This document shows, piece after piece, positions 28,332 through 39,569 of a DNA stretch of 64,000 bases. Source of the DNA: Candidatus Babelota bacterium (GTDB lineage: Bacteria; Babelota; Babeliae; Babelales; Vermiphilaceae). A program made the position numbers and the translations under genes. Within the stretch, counting starts at the first letter, position 1, and each line of letters begins with the position of its first letter. Below the pieces are notes generated by a model that made no database searches, had not been told where the DNA came from, and saw only the letters and a list, made by a program, of their open reading frames with translations. The DNA lies in the NCBI GenBank assembly GCA_049325595.1, contig JBMOLF010000010.1, positions 96,001 to 160,000 on the forward strand, given 5' to 3'.

Positions 28332-29093
28332 ATGAAAATATTACAATCAATTATAATAGGTTTAGCTGTTTTGGTGGGCTCAGCTCAAGCAGATTGGACT
28401 TCTGTTAAATTTATCGATCGCGTAAATACCGCGGTTAAAAATGGCAATGTTGGTCCTCAATGGGTACCAGTTGCTCCAAAAATTAATCCAGCGCCGTCTG
28501 GTTGGACCTCGCCTAAGTTTATTGACCGTGTAAATGCGTGGCAAGAACGTATGCCAAAGCGTGAACTTACATCGGTAACTGAAGTTATTCAACCGAAAGA
28601 AATTGTATCAATGCAGCAAGAAGCGGTTAATTTTACAGAAGTTGAAAAAAATTCATTAGCTGAAAAAGCAAAATGGCTTGTTAATAACGCAAAAGATGTT
28701 GCTTCTAACTTGATTAAAAATGTATACGATAATGCAACAATGCAAAATGTATTAACAAAAGCTCAGGATAACAAAAAAGTTATTACTGGTGTTGCTCTTG
28801 GTGCAGCAGTGTTGTATGGTGGTTATAAATTATATTCATATATAACAAAACCAAGTAAATCTATTGTTTATGACACTGACAATAATGCACAAGAAGAGGC
28901 ATTTCAAAAGAGGTACGAACAATTAACTCACAAGCAAGAAGTGGTATCAAGTAATAAAGCTACCCAAATTGTGAGTTCTATGAATCAACAAGCGCAAATG
29001 CCAGCTATGATGAAAAATGTGAATGGTATACTCACAGAACAATCACGTTTGCAAAACTATCATGCAAAACCGAGTAATGTAAAATTATTTTAA
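28332..29093 (+). CDS. Signal-peptide protein with one internal TM helix
   Basis: GGAGG RBS; duplicated WTS.KFIDRVN motif; NKKVITGVALGAAVLYGGYKLY. Confidence 0.8.
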   Translation: MKILQSIIIGLAVLVGSAQADWTSVKFIDRVNTAVKNGNVGPQWVPVAPKINPAPSGWTSPKFIDRVNAWQERMPKRELTSVTEVIQPKEIVSMQQEAVNFTEVEKNSLAEKAKWLVNNAKDVASNLIKNVYDNATMQNVLTKAQDNKKVITGVALGAAVLYGGYKLYSYITKPSKSIVYDTDNNAQEEAFQKRYEQLTHKQEVVSSNKATQIVSSMNQQAQMPAMMKNVNGILTEQSRLQNYHAKPSNVKLF

Positions 29094-29118
29094 AAAGTAT
29101 AACTCTATTACTATATTT

Positions 29119-29158
29119 AAAAAGGCATGTTGTTGTTAAATCAGTGACATGCCTTTTT
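29119..29158 (+). terminator. Intrinsic terminator
   Basis: AAAAAGGCATGT...ACATGCCTTTTT. Confidence 0.75.
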
Positions 29159-29248
29159 GTTTTTTTCTACCTGGACAATTTTAGAAATATTGGTAGATTT
29201 ATACGCAGTTTATAATCTTCAATATATTTACTACATGGAGTCTTTCGT

Positions 29249-29710
29249 ATGAAATACTTACTTTCTTTATTTATGTTGTTATCTATTGTTTCAGTAAACG
29301 CAATGGAAAATAATTTATCACGTTCTGAGTCAGACAGTTTTGTATCAGCTGAATCTTCATGTGAAGAAACAAAATCATTTGTAACAACTGCAATGGCTTC
29401 AGCTACCGAAAAGGTTGGAGAAGTTGTTGAGGCAGCTAAACAAAATGCAGAAGAAGCAGTAACAAAAGTTGAAGGTAAGTGTGCTAAATTTGGTAAATCA
29501 GTAAAAGCTAAATTTGCATCATTGCGTGGAAAAACTCCAACTTTTGCATCAATCAAATCTGGTATTAAAGCTGGTGCAAAAAATATAGCTGCTAAAATTA
29601 AAAATAATCCAAAAAAATCAGCAGCAATCGTTGCAGCAACTGTAGTGACTGTTGCCGCTATAGTTGTTTGTGTAAAAAAATATAAAGAAAAAAAAGCTAA
29701 AGTTGCTTAA
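29249..29710 (+). CDS. Signal-peptide Ala/Lys-rich protein with C-terminal TM anchor
   Basis: SVNA-ME; NPKKSAAIVAATVVTVAAIVVCVKKYKEKK. Confidence 0.8.
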   Translation: MKYLLSLFMLLSIVSVNAMENNLSRSESDSFVSAESSCEETKSFVTTAMASATEKVGEVVEAAKQNAEEAVTKVEGKCAKFGKSVKAKFASLRGKTPTFASIKSGIKAGAKNIAAKIKNNPKKSAAIVAATVVTVAAIVVCVKKYKEKKAKVA

Positions 29711-29730
29711 TTTACACACAAAAAATCTTT

Positions 29731-29758
29731 AAAGCCCGGTATGTCCGGGCTTTTTTTA
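29731..29758 (+). terminator. Intrinsic terminator
   Basis: AAAGCCCGG-tatgt-CCGGGCTTTTTTTT. Confidence 0.8.
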
Positions 29759-29904
29759 TATCGTTTAGTATTGTTATACTCAATTTTATTCGTTTCTTGT
29801 TAATTTTTATAAAAAATAAGGCTCATTTTTTTTCTAAGTTGTTCAATTTTTCCACGATGCTACACTAATAAATAAAAGCCTATTTTATCTGTGGAGGTCG
29901 TTTT

Positions 29905-30396
29905 ATGAACCCGTCTTATACGGTAAAAAAAGTTTCGATGTTGCTGCTGTTGCAGCCAGACTTAGAAAAAGCGGTAGCTTTTTACCAAAAGCTAGGACTA
30001 AAGCTTGTGTTTCATCTCAAAGATCGCTGGGCTGAGTTTGTTTTAGGTTCTATTCAAATTGGATTATGTCCAACAAGCCAAGCACTACCTGAACGTCATA
30101 CCGGAATTGTTTTTCAGGTTGATGATGTATATCAAATGTACAATGCGCTTGGACATGAGATCACTTTTATGGCATCGCCTCAAGAAGCATTACACGGGAT
30201 TATGGCAAGCATAAAAGATCCAGGTAATAACATTATTGATATCTATCAGCCAACTCCCGAAAAACTTCATGATTTGGTAGAAAAAGTCAAAAATGAAGAA
30301 CAAAAATGCTGCAAAGATAATGCAACTGTGGTAGAAGATTCAGTAAAACAAGGTTGTTGCAAGAACGATTCTGCAAAATCTGAAGGATGCTGCTAA
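29905..30396 (+). CDS. VOC/glyoxalase family protein with three C-terminal Cys-Cys pairs
   Basis: DLEKAVAFYQKLGL, IVFQVDDV, KDPGNNII; tail KCC..GCC..GCC. Confidence 0.85.
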   Translation: MNPSYTVKKVSMLLLLQPDLEKAVAFYQKLGLKLVFHLKDRWAEFVLGSIQIGLCPTSQALPERHTGIVFQVDDVYQMYNALGHEITFMASPQEALHGIMASIKDPGNNIIDIYQPTPEKLHDLVEKVKNEEQKCCKDNATVVEDSVKQGCCKNDSAKSEGCC

Positions 30397-30573
30397 ATAC
30401 GCATTTTTTGGTTATTTGCTGCAAACTATTTTTAAGAAAATATGAGTCTGGTAATATCAAGTAAAATTAGTTGAAATTTTTAGATTATTTTCTATAATAC
30501 GATTAACTTAATCGTCATAAAAAGCGATGGAAAAGAAAAAATCAAACCAGTATAAGAATGTATAGGAGGCGCA

Positions 30574-30852
30574 ATGATTGATACATTAAAACCACTTGGT
30601 GATCGTGTATTAGTTAAACGAATTGAAGAGCAAGAAAAAACCGCTGGTGGAATTTATATTCCTGATGCGGCCAAAGAAAAGGGTCAAATGGGCGCGGTAG
30701 TTGCCGTTGGTCAAGGCCGTGTAGATAAAGGAACAGTAGTCCCTCTTCAAGTAAAAGTTGGTGATAAAGTAATTTTTGGCAAATATGCTGGAACCGAAGT
30801 AGCCGACAATCATATTATTATTCGTGAAGATGAAATTTTAGGTACTTTTTAA
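30574..30852 (+). CDS. groES: Co-chaperonin GroES
   Basis: [30 protein letters not shown]. Confidence 0.98.
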   Translation: MIDTLKPLGDRVLVKRIEEQEKTAGGIYIPDAAKEKGQMGAVVAVGQGRVDKGTVVPLQVKVGDKVIFGKYAGTEVADNHIIIREDEILGTF

Positions 30853-30867
30853 GTACACAATAGATAG

Positions 30868-32526
<1,659 letters not shown>

Positions 32527-32548
32527 TAAAGAATCTTACTATCAATCC

Positions 32549-32586
32549 AAAAAAAGGCTCATGGAATTTTCCATGGGCCTTTTTTT
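32549..32586 (+). terminator. Intrinsic terminator of groESL
   Basis: AAAAGGCTCATGGAA...TTCCATGGGCCTTTTTTT. Confidence 0.8.
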
Positions 32587-32845
32587 ATGCAATAGCTTGA
32601 TCTGATCGAATCAAAATTCAACTTGAATGAAATAGATATTTTTTTGGCATTTTTTTTGTCGATTTATATTCTCAATTGCCTAATTTAAAAAATATTAAAT
32701 TGGGCAAATTTTATTGAAAATAATAAATTTACCCATTAAATATTTTCTACTTGAATAATTCTAGCGTAAAATTTAACATTTTATTATTTTTGTGTAATAT
32801 AAGAAGTGAGCCAAGTTAATTGGCATTTTGTTCTATGGAGGTTAT

Positions 32846-34309
32846 ATGAATAAATTAATAGTATCAGTTTTACTACTCATGATGGGTGGTACAACTTTAG
32901 GTATGTATAAGAAAGAAGAAATCCAAGCGGTTGAATTAAATGATTCAGCAGCAATTTCGCAAGAACATACCAAACAAATAAAACATATACATTTTTTCAA
33001 TGATGGCAGCATGCTTTCTATTGGCCAGGATAAAGCAGTTTATTGGAATGATAAATTTCAAAAAACTAAAGAAGTTAACTGGGACAATGTTGGTATGCCA
33101 TTGGTTGTTGCATCATCCAATGATTACATTGCAATAGCTCATAGCTATAAAAAAATAAGCATTTATAAACCAGATTTAACTCTTAAAACTGAGTTTGACT
33201 TTGAGAAATTGCATGTTGAAGCGTTATGCTTTGTAAACGATAATCAGCTTGTTGCAGCAATGTCAGATGGTATAATAATATTGTTAGATATAAGCAATGG
33301 TTTGCGTCGACCATATACGTTGCGTCATGATAAAAATACCGGCGAAAAAATTGAGACTGTCAAAATTAAAGCATTAAAATATAACAAAGCTAAAGAAATT
33401 TTGCATATTTCTTGGGATGATGGTGCTATTGGTCAATGGGATGTTTGTATAAATGAAAGATTGCCTGCATTAGAATTAGAAACTAACACGCAAGTTATTG
33501 ATTTTGCCTATTCGCAAGACAAAATGCTTACGGTTTCTGATGATGAATATATGCGTATATGGGAAGCTGGCAATAAATTAGGCTCATATAAAGTACAAGC
33601 AACATTTAATTGTGGAAAAAAATGCTCTGTAATAGCGGTATCTTCTGATGGCTCATTAGCAGCAGTAGCACATTTTAAAGGTATTGATATTTTTGATATT
33701 ACAAATAATGAATTAATCGAAAAAGTGAATTTACCTACACGTGCCCAAAAGCTTTGCTTTACACCTGATAATACCCTAATTATTAGTACTGGAAAGCAAT
33801 TATTTAAGCACATGATTGCATATGAATTGGTAAAGCCTGCGCATATAGTAAACAATGTGCAAGATGAGGCTCTAAATACAGATACTCCTGAACAGCGTTA
33901 TTTTGCAGCTTGGGAAACGTTTGCTACCATCAAGAATGAAGAGAATATTCAAGAACGCATTTCAAACTTAAAAGCATTGTTAACAAAAACTTACCATTTT
34001 GGTAGTGACACTGAAAAAGCTTTTCGTATTATGATTCAACAAAAAATTGCTACATCATATTTTGATTATGCTATGTCGCAAAAGAGTGCAAGAGATCGTT
34101 ATTCTGAGTTAGTCGCGTTGAAGAATAGCACGTATTTAAATTGTTTTGATTTTGCTGAGAAAGCAGAATTTGAACGTAAAATACAAAACGAGATTAATAA
34201 AGTTGGTCTGGTGAGCTCATTATGGTTTACGTGGTCAGGCAAAGCAAAAAGTTGGCTATCTAATAAGGTAACCAATACGTTAATGAAGTTAACACCACTT
34301 CTTCCATAA
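32846..34309 (+). CDS. Signal-peptide WD40-like beta-propeller protein with helical C-terminal domain
   Basis: Repeats ending D..I..WD / D..MRIWE; GGAGG RBS. Confidence 0.75.
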   Translation: MNKLIVSVLLLMMGGTTLGMYKKEEIQAVELNDSAAISQEHTKQIKHIHFFNDGSMLSIGQDKAVYWNDKFQKTKEVNWDNVGMPLVVASSNDYIAIAHSYKKISIYKPDLTLKTEFDFEKLHVEALCFVNDNQLVAAMSDGIIILLDISNGLRRPYTLRHDKNTGEKIETVKIKALKYNKAKEILHISWDDGAIGQWDVCINERLPALELETNTQVIDFAYSQDKMLTVSDDEYMRIWEAGNKLGSYKVQATFNCGKKCSVIAVSSDGSLAAVAHFKGIDIFDITNNELIEKVNLPTRAQKLCFTPDNTLIISTGKQLFKHMIAYELVKPAHIVNNVQDEALNTDTPEQRYFAAWETFATIKNEENIQERISNLKALLTKTYHFGSDTEKAFRIMIQQKIATSYFDYAMSQKSARDRYSELVALKNSTYLNCFDFAEKAEFERKIQNEINKVGLVSSLWFTWSGKAKSWLSNKVTNTLMKLTPLLP

Positions 34310-34315
34310 CTTAAT

Positions 34316-34350
34316 AAAAAAAAGCCCTACAACACTGTAGGGCTTTTTTT
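34316..34350. terminator. Bidirectional intrinsic terminator
   Basis: A-run AGCCCTACA-acac-TGTAGGGCT T-run between convergent genes. Confidence 0.85.
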
Positions 34351-34963
34351 ATTGCAGATCACACTTTTTTTTCTCACTGGTAGCTGATGTTTTAATAGTA
34401 ACCGGTTTACTAATTGCAGATTCTATTTGCTCAATGGTTCCAGACTTTAATGCGGTCAACAATTCTTGTCTATTGTGTTTTATGATACTAATGTCCTTTT
34501 TTTTAATATTGACATCGGTAAGATCAGTAGCTTCTTTGAATTGTTTGAATTCATCTAACTTTTCAAGATATAAATAGTATTTTGCTTCAATGCTATTTCT
34601 TTTATTTTCTTCGCCAGAAATTAAGGGATTAATATTTTTTTCATCAAGAACCGATTTTGCTAAAAGTCTGAAGTCTGTTAAAACTAATCTTTCTACTAAA
34701 TTTTCTGCTGAGCTTTCATAGTGAGGCATTATAACAATCGGTGTATTATTATTGTATATTATTCGTAATGATCCATGCATTATAGCATTGAGTAATGATA
34801 TTTTATTTGCAATGCGCAAAACATCTTCGTTGGTACTCGACCTGTTTGATATATTAAAATTACGATAGTAATTTTCTATATCTTGATCTGATCGTTCGCT
34901 TGCCTTACTTATACATACCAGAAAAATTAAATTAAGAACAAAACGTGTTGTTATTATTTTCAT
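34349..34963 (-). CDS. Signal-peptide hypothetical protein ending in a CaaX-like motif
   Basis: Hydrophobic N-terminus ending SKA-SE; C-terminus EKKKCDLQ-stop. Confidence 0.75.
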   Translation of the reverse strand: MKIITTRFVLNLIFLVCISKASERSDQDIENYYRNFNISNRSSTNEDVLRIANKISLLNAIMHGSLRIIYNNNTPIVIMPHYESSAENLVERLVLTDFRLLAKSVLDEKNINPLISGEENKRNSIEAKYYLYLEKLDEFKQFKEATDLTDVNIKKKDISIIKHNRQELLTALKSGTIEQIESAISKPVTIKTSATSEKKKCDLQ

Positions 34964-35028
34964 ACATAATCCTTTTTTAGCGACTTGTTTATTTGATTAT
35001 GAAAGAAATAAAACAACAAAATCAATTG

Positions 35029-36525
35029 TTAAAATGAGCCACCCGCTTTAAACCAAAAACCCCATAGTGTCAGTGTGGTATTCTTTTGGGGAAACTCCGC
35101 ATAAAACCCCATACCAAGAAAAGTATCAATAGTTTCGCCATAATTAAAAAAGCCATAAGCTGCATGACCGCGGTGATTAAGCGATGCGCGAGCAGAGGCG
35201 GACTTTAAATTAAGATCAGTTTTTTTTATGGGTACAAAAATTGGACATCCACAATCATCAACGTCATTTGGGGCCAGGCAAGCAATTGTACTTTTGCTAG
35301 CAGATGAAGCAGTTAGAACCTGTGCACATGGATCAAGTGGTCCGCAGCCAGCTATGCCATAAATTTCTTGAAAACAATCGGTTAATTCTATGCGCTCGTC
35401 AGGTTTGCCCCAGATACCATAGCCAATTTCAAATTCGCCATAATTATTAATAAAGCGCCATCCCGTAGAAAAATCAACGCGATTAAATGGGCGAACGGTA
35501 ACATTTTGAGTTAAAATATTTGCACCAGGAATAAATTGATCTGGTGGGCCATTTTTTTTGTTGAGCAATAAATATCTACTCCATGGTTTTCCCTTTAAAT
35601 CAATCGTGCGATATTCATTGCCGCGTATCAAAAAAATACTCTCAAAATTTATAAACAAGCAAGATGAATATGCAGAATTATCACGATTCAAAACAATTTG
35701 AAAATTAACTCCAGTAATAAAGCCAAGATGTCCATTATTACCAAGAAATGGATTAAATATATAATCGGCATTTTGTCCATTTGCAGTGGGCAATGACACA
35801 CCGGTGTAATAGATTACTTCAAAATCATCACAGGCAAGATAAGCACGTCCAAATCGGATAGTAAGTTCAGCAAGTCCCAATCGGGAATGACCAGTCGGAC
35901 GAATTTTAGCGTAACGCCAGGCAGGTTGATTAAAAGCGCTGATTATATCTTGAGCTGGACAATCTCCTAAGCCGTTCACGTCAAATTGTCGCAAATTAAT
36001 ATTATTATCAACTGCAACAATCGGAGCGGTAAAACTTACCCACGCATCACCAATAAAAGGCAAATTTTTTAAAATGCATGATAAATCTTGGTTATAATCA
36101 AGTATTACTGCTAGTTGTCGTTGACAAGGATTAATTGTCATTCTTCCTCTAAAATGAGGATTATTAATGCCAAGCCATTCTGCACGTATATCGCGCATTT
36201 CATTTGTAGGAATACAATCACCTTCAACTAGTAATTCAGTACGGCAGCGTGGTAAAAAATATTGAATCGTTCTTTCATCACTGAGCGATTGTTGATACAT
36301 GCCGCGAATTTGAAAGCTGGCTTTAAGTGGACCTCTTTTATTATAAATAAAATTATGCCATACCGACTGCCATGCTGGTACATTTTGATATATGGGATGA
36401 GTGAACATGAATGACTGGCTTGTTTTTAAATTAGGCGATCGGAATCTTAAAAATTCATACGATGATCCTTTTAGTACAGATGCCATGCATATAATAAATA
36501 AGGCACCGCGGAGAAAAATCTTCAT
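35029..36525 (-). CDS. Signal-peptide Cys-rich protein, probable outer-membrane beta-barrel
   Basis: Alternating aromatic/hydrophobic strands; C-terminal WGFWFKAGGSF. Confidence 0.55.
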   Translation of the reverse strand: MKIFLRGALFIICMASVLKGSSYEFLRFRSPNLKTSQSFMFTHPIYQNVPAWQSVWHNFIYNKRGPLKASFQIRGMYQQSLSDERTIQYFLPRCRTELLVEGDCIPTNEMRDIRAEWLGINNPHFRGRMTINPCQRQLAVILDYNQDLSCILKNLPFIGDAWVSFTAPIVAVDNNINLRQFDVNGLGDCPAQDIISAFNQPAWRYAKIRPTGHSRLGLAELTIRFGRAYLACDDFEVIYYTGVSLPTANGQNADYIFNPFLGNNGHLGFITGVNFQIVLNRDNSAYSSCLFINFESIFLIRGNEYRTIDLKGKPWSRYLLLNKKNGPPDQFIPGANILTQNVTVRPFNRVDFSTGWRFINNYGEFEIGYGIWGKPDERIELTDCFQEIYGIAGCGPLDPCAQVLTASSASKSTIACLAPNDVDDCGCPIFVPIKKTDLNLKSASARASLNHRGHAAYGFFNYGETIDTFLGMGFYAEFPQKNTTLTLWGFWFKAGGSF

Positions 36526-36607
36526 TACACAAATCCTTTAAAAGCTATGCTCGTACGCTCAATAGCTTAGGATAGGTTGCGTATAAAAACAAGTAGGTGA
36601 TCGTTAT

Positions 36608-37522
36608 CTAATTCGCTTCTAATGCATTATGTAAAGCTTGTTCTACGTCTAAGCCCTTATTAATAATGCCATCAAGAGCTATTATCAATTGCTCAGCTGA
36701 ATGAAGATTTCGTTGGAACAAATTGCGGCCTATAGCAACACCATGTGAATTTCCTAAATGTATTTGATTATAAATAGATTGCAGTAATGTTTTAAGATCT
36801 TGATAATTACCCCCTGAGCAAATTATTTTGGTATTTCCAGCTGCTACTACTGCGCGATGTAAATCTGCTGTGGATTCAGCACCATTAACTTCAGGCATTT
36901 TTAGTTTTACAAAATCAGCACCTAAACTTGCTGCAACACCAGCTGCACCAATAATATACTCAGGAGATGTTTCGTTGCGTATAGTGCTACCTCGTGCATA
37001 CAGCCACACAAGAGCAACAAGGCCATGTTGATGTGCTTGAAATATTGCTTGAGCAGTTTCTTTTAACATCTGTGGCTCATACTGACTACCTAGATATAGG
37101 GTTATGCCTATGCCGCGAATTTTTAATCCAGAATGCTTTTTGAAAGTAATTACATCATGTACGCTCCATAATGGAGAGCTGTAAGGATCGATAACGCTAT
37201 TTTTTAGTGCATTAGTTTTGGCATTAAGTTTTATGACATAGTTAATTTCTGGATATAATTTGCCATAACGAGCTACCAATCCTAAATGAGCAGCAAAGGC
37301 ACCAACTTGGTTATGTTTTGCCAATTTAAAAAGATATTCAGGATGCTGCATCTGTTCGGTAACATGAATAAAGTCGTCATTTAAATGTTCAATTTTATGA
37401 TCACATACAAATAAAATTAAATTATCAGTATGTTGTGTTATAGCTTGATAATTGCTCACATATTCAGCATCGTAATTGCCTGGTACATCACTCGGCACAA
37501 TAATGGTACTTATTTTTTTCAT
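36608..37522 (-). CDS. Class I aldolase (DhnA/FbaB family)
   Basis: DHKIEH, KLNAKT, W.YARG, LGADFVK Schiff-base Lys, SGG, GRNLFQR. Confidence 0.88.
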   Translation of the reverse strand: MKKISTIIVPSDVPGNYDAEYVSNYQAITQHTDNLILFVCDHKIEHLNDDFIHVTEQMQHPEYLFKLAKHNQVGAFAAHLGLVARYGKLYPEINYVIKLNAKTNALKNSVIDPYSSPLWSVHDVITFKKHSGLKIRGIGITLYLGSQYEPQMLKETAQAIFQAHQHGLVALVWLYARGSTIRNETSPEYIIGAAGVAASLGADFVKLKMPEVNGAESTADLHRAVVAAGNTKIICSGGNYQDLKTLLQSIYNQIHLGNSHGVAIGRNLFQRNLHSAEQLIIALDGIINKGLDVEQALHNALEAN

Positions 37523-37533
37523 TGGTAAATTTC

Positions 37534-39171
37534 CTATACAATTTGATCTTGGATGAGTACTTTTTCAGCAATACGTTCAAAAAGTGGTACTGCAACAGTT
37601 GATGCGTACAAATTTTTTGAGTTTGCCTCTTTTACTAATACAACAACAACTCGCTTATAGTTATTCTTTTGAACAATGCCAGCACAACTAAATAAATTTT
37701 TGTCAGGATTATATTTTCCATTTTCTAGCATATTAGCAGTGCCGGTTTTACAAATAATGCGATATCCTTTTATGGCAGCACGTTTTGCGGTTCCTGCAAT
37801 AGTAGTTTGTTCTAAAATTTCCTGAATTACTTGCATTGTTTGAGATGAATATAAATGTTTATTTATTGCTGGTTCTATATCATCAAAAATTATACGGGGT
37901 ATACATTCAAAACCATTATTGGCGATCATTGCAAAAATGCGTGCTAATTGTATCAATGTAACGGTAACTTCATAACCATATGACAATGAAATTATTGATT
38001 GTTTAGACCACGTAGGGGGCGGATTGATATAGCCGCTATTTTCACCGAACATATTAATGCCAGTTTTTTTACCTAACCCCATTTTTTGATAATGATCGTA
38101 CAATTTTGTTCCTAACCGTTTGGCAACTTGGGCAATACCGATGTTGTTTGATAACGCGATCACCTGCGTGAAAGGAATCATACCTCTTACAGAGCTTGGT
38201 ACAGTATTAATTGTTCTTCCATCTATTACCGCGGTTTTACTATTTTTACAATCAATGATTTCATAAGGATGAACTATACCCTCTTCAAGAGCAGCTATTG
38301 CACTTAATACTTTTATAACTGATCCTAATTCATAAGCATCGGTAATTGCGATATTTTTAGTATGCTCAATTACAAGGTTGTACAAATTGTTAGGGTCAAA
38401 AGTTGGTACATTTGCCATTGCAATGATATGCCCATTAGCAGGATCCATAATTACTGCGGCAGCTGCTTTTGCATTAAATTCTTTTAATGTTTCTTGTAGC
38501 TCTTCTTGTACTAAAAATTGTAAATTTCCATCAATTGTTAATCGTATTGGTTTGCCATCATTACCATTTGATTGAATTTCCTTATTAAAATAAAAATGAC
38601 CTGATCGTGCATCACGTTCAAGACGATAATGGGTTGGTGTACCGGATAATTGTGTATTGTATTGAAATTCTATTCCCAACAAACCGTTGTTTTCAGCATC
38701 TACCGTACCTATAATATTCGCTGTTGCTGGGTTAGGATAAAAGCGACTTGGTTCTTGCAAAAATTTAATGTCAGATAAATTGCTTTGTTCTATTAACATG
38801 ATTTCTTCTGGTGTTAATTTGCGCTTTATATACATAAATTGAGTGTGTGGTTTTATTTGTAATCGTTCATAAGCATCGGAAAAATGTTGTTTTAAAAATT
38901 GTTTGATAGCAGCTGGGTCAGAGATTTTTGATGGTATAATAAAGGCTGTTAATGAATCTTTATTAAGAGCAAGTGGATTACCATTTCGATCGGTTATTTC
39001 TGCTCGTTGTGGGAAGCGAGTGATGCTAACCAAGTATTGTCGTTCTCCTAATTGAACATAATAAGATCCATGTATAATTTGAATGAAATAAAGATTTGCA
39101 ATAATCAGACTATAAAGTAGTACAAATCCAAAAAAAACAACTCCTGTTCGTCTTGAAATGCTACTATTCAT
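37534..39171 (-). CDS. ftsI: Class B penicillin-binding protein (FtsI/PBP3-like)
   Basis: N-terminal TM, R.EITDRNG, RFYP, G..GIE; SVIK, SNN, KTG transpeptidase motifs. Confidence 0.88.
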   Translation of the reverse strand: MNSSISRRTGVVFFGFVLLYSLIIANLYFIQIIHGSYYVQLGERQYLVSITRFPQRAEITDRNGNPLALNKDSLTAFIIPSKISDPAAIKQFLKQHFSDAYERLQIKPHTQFMYIKRKLTPEEIMLIEQSNLSDIKFLQEPSRFYPNPATANIIGTVDAENNGLLGIEFQYNTQLSGTPTHYRLERDARSGHFYFNKEIQSNGNDGKPIRLTIDGNLQFLVQEELQETLKEFNAKAAAAVIMDPANGHIIAMANVPTFDPNNLYNLVIEHTKNIAITDAYELGSVIKVLSAIAALEEGIVHPYEIIDCKNSKTAVIDGRTINTVPSSVRGMIPFTQVIALSNNIGIAQVAKRLGTKLYDHYQKMGLGKKTGINMFGENSGYINPPPTWSKQSIISLSYGYEVTVTLIQLARIFAMIANNGFECIPRIIFDDIEPAINKHLYSSQTMQVIQEILEQTTIAGTAKRAAIKGYRIICKTGTANMLENGKYNPDKNLFSCAGIVQKNNYKRVVVVLVKEANSKNLYASTVAVPLFERIAEKVLIQDQIV

Positions 39172-39436
39172 TGTCTTCTATTTTTCTAATTTGGGTTATT
39201 GCCATTTTTTTCATTTTTAATTGATTACTGGCATATTCTTTTATTTCTGTTTTATTAGATGCAAGTACATGTAATTGATGCAGTAATTCTTGTTTGGTTT
39301 TAATATGAATAGTAAGTTCTTTTTCTTGTTCTTGCTTTTCATAGGAAAGCTTGATCCAGCGACTTTGCTGATCGATATATACAAAAATCATTACAACTTG
39401 GAGCAAAATAAAAACAATGAGTTTGCCATAATGCAT
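39164..39436 (-). CDS. FtsL-like cell division protein
   Basis: TM plus coiled coil, IKEYASNQLKM; overlaps the ftsI start. Confidence 0.65.
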   Translation of the reverse strand: MHYGKLIVFILLQVVMIFVYIDQQSRWIKLSYEKQEQEKELTIHIKTKQELLHQLHVLASNKTEIKEYASNQLKMKKMAITQIRKIEDNE

Positions 39437-39532
39437 TTATTACCTTTCTTTAACTTAAGGTTAGAAAGTTCAATAAATGATCGTCAAGCAATGCTTTTTT
39501 GTTTATTCGACTAAATAGAAGTAATATTGAAT

Positions 39533-39558
39533 AAAAAAAAGGCCCGCTACTGCGGGCC
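39533..39558 (-). terminator. Intrinsic terminator of bamA
   Basis: GGCCCGC-tact-GCGGGCC with A8 on the + strand (T run on -). Confidence 0.8.
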
Positions 39559-39569
39559 ACTTTTAGTTT

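Noticed and set aside
29167..29556. 129-aa minus-strand ORF
   Set aside because: Antisense shadow of the 29249..29710 gene.
30385..30396. Terminal CC of the VOC protein as a Rab-type prenylation signal
   Set aside because: No export signal, and two more internal CC pairs favour metal binding.
30400..30573. CIRCE operator upstream of groESL
   Set aside because: No TTAGCACTC-N9-GAGTGCTAA; only a TTGAAA-16 bp-TATAAT promoter-like sequence.
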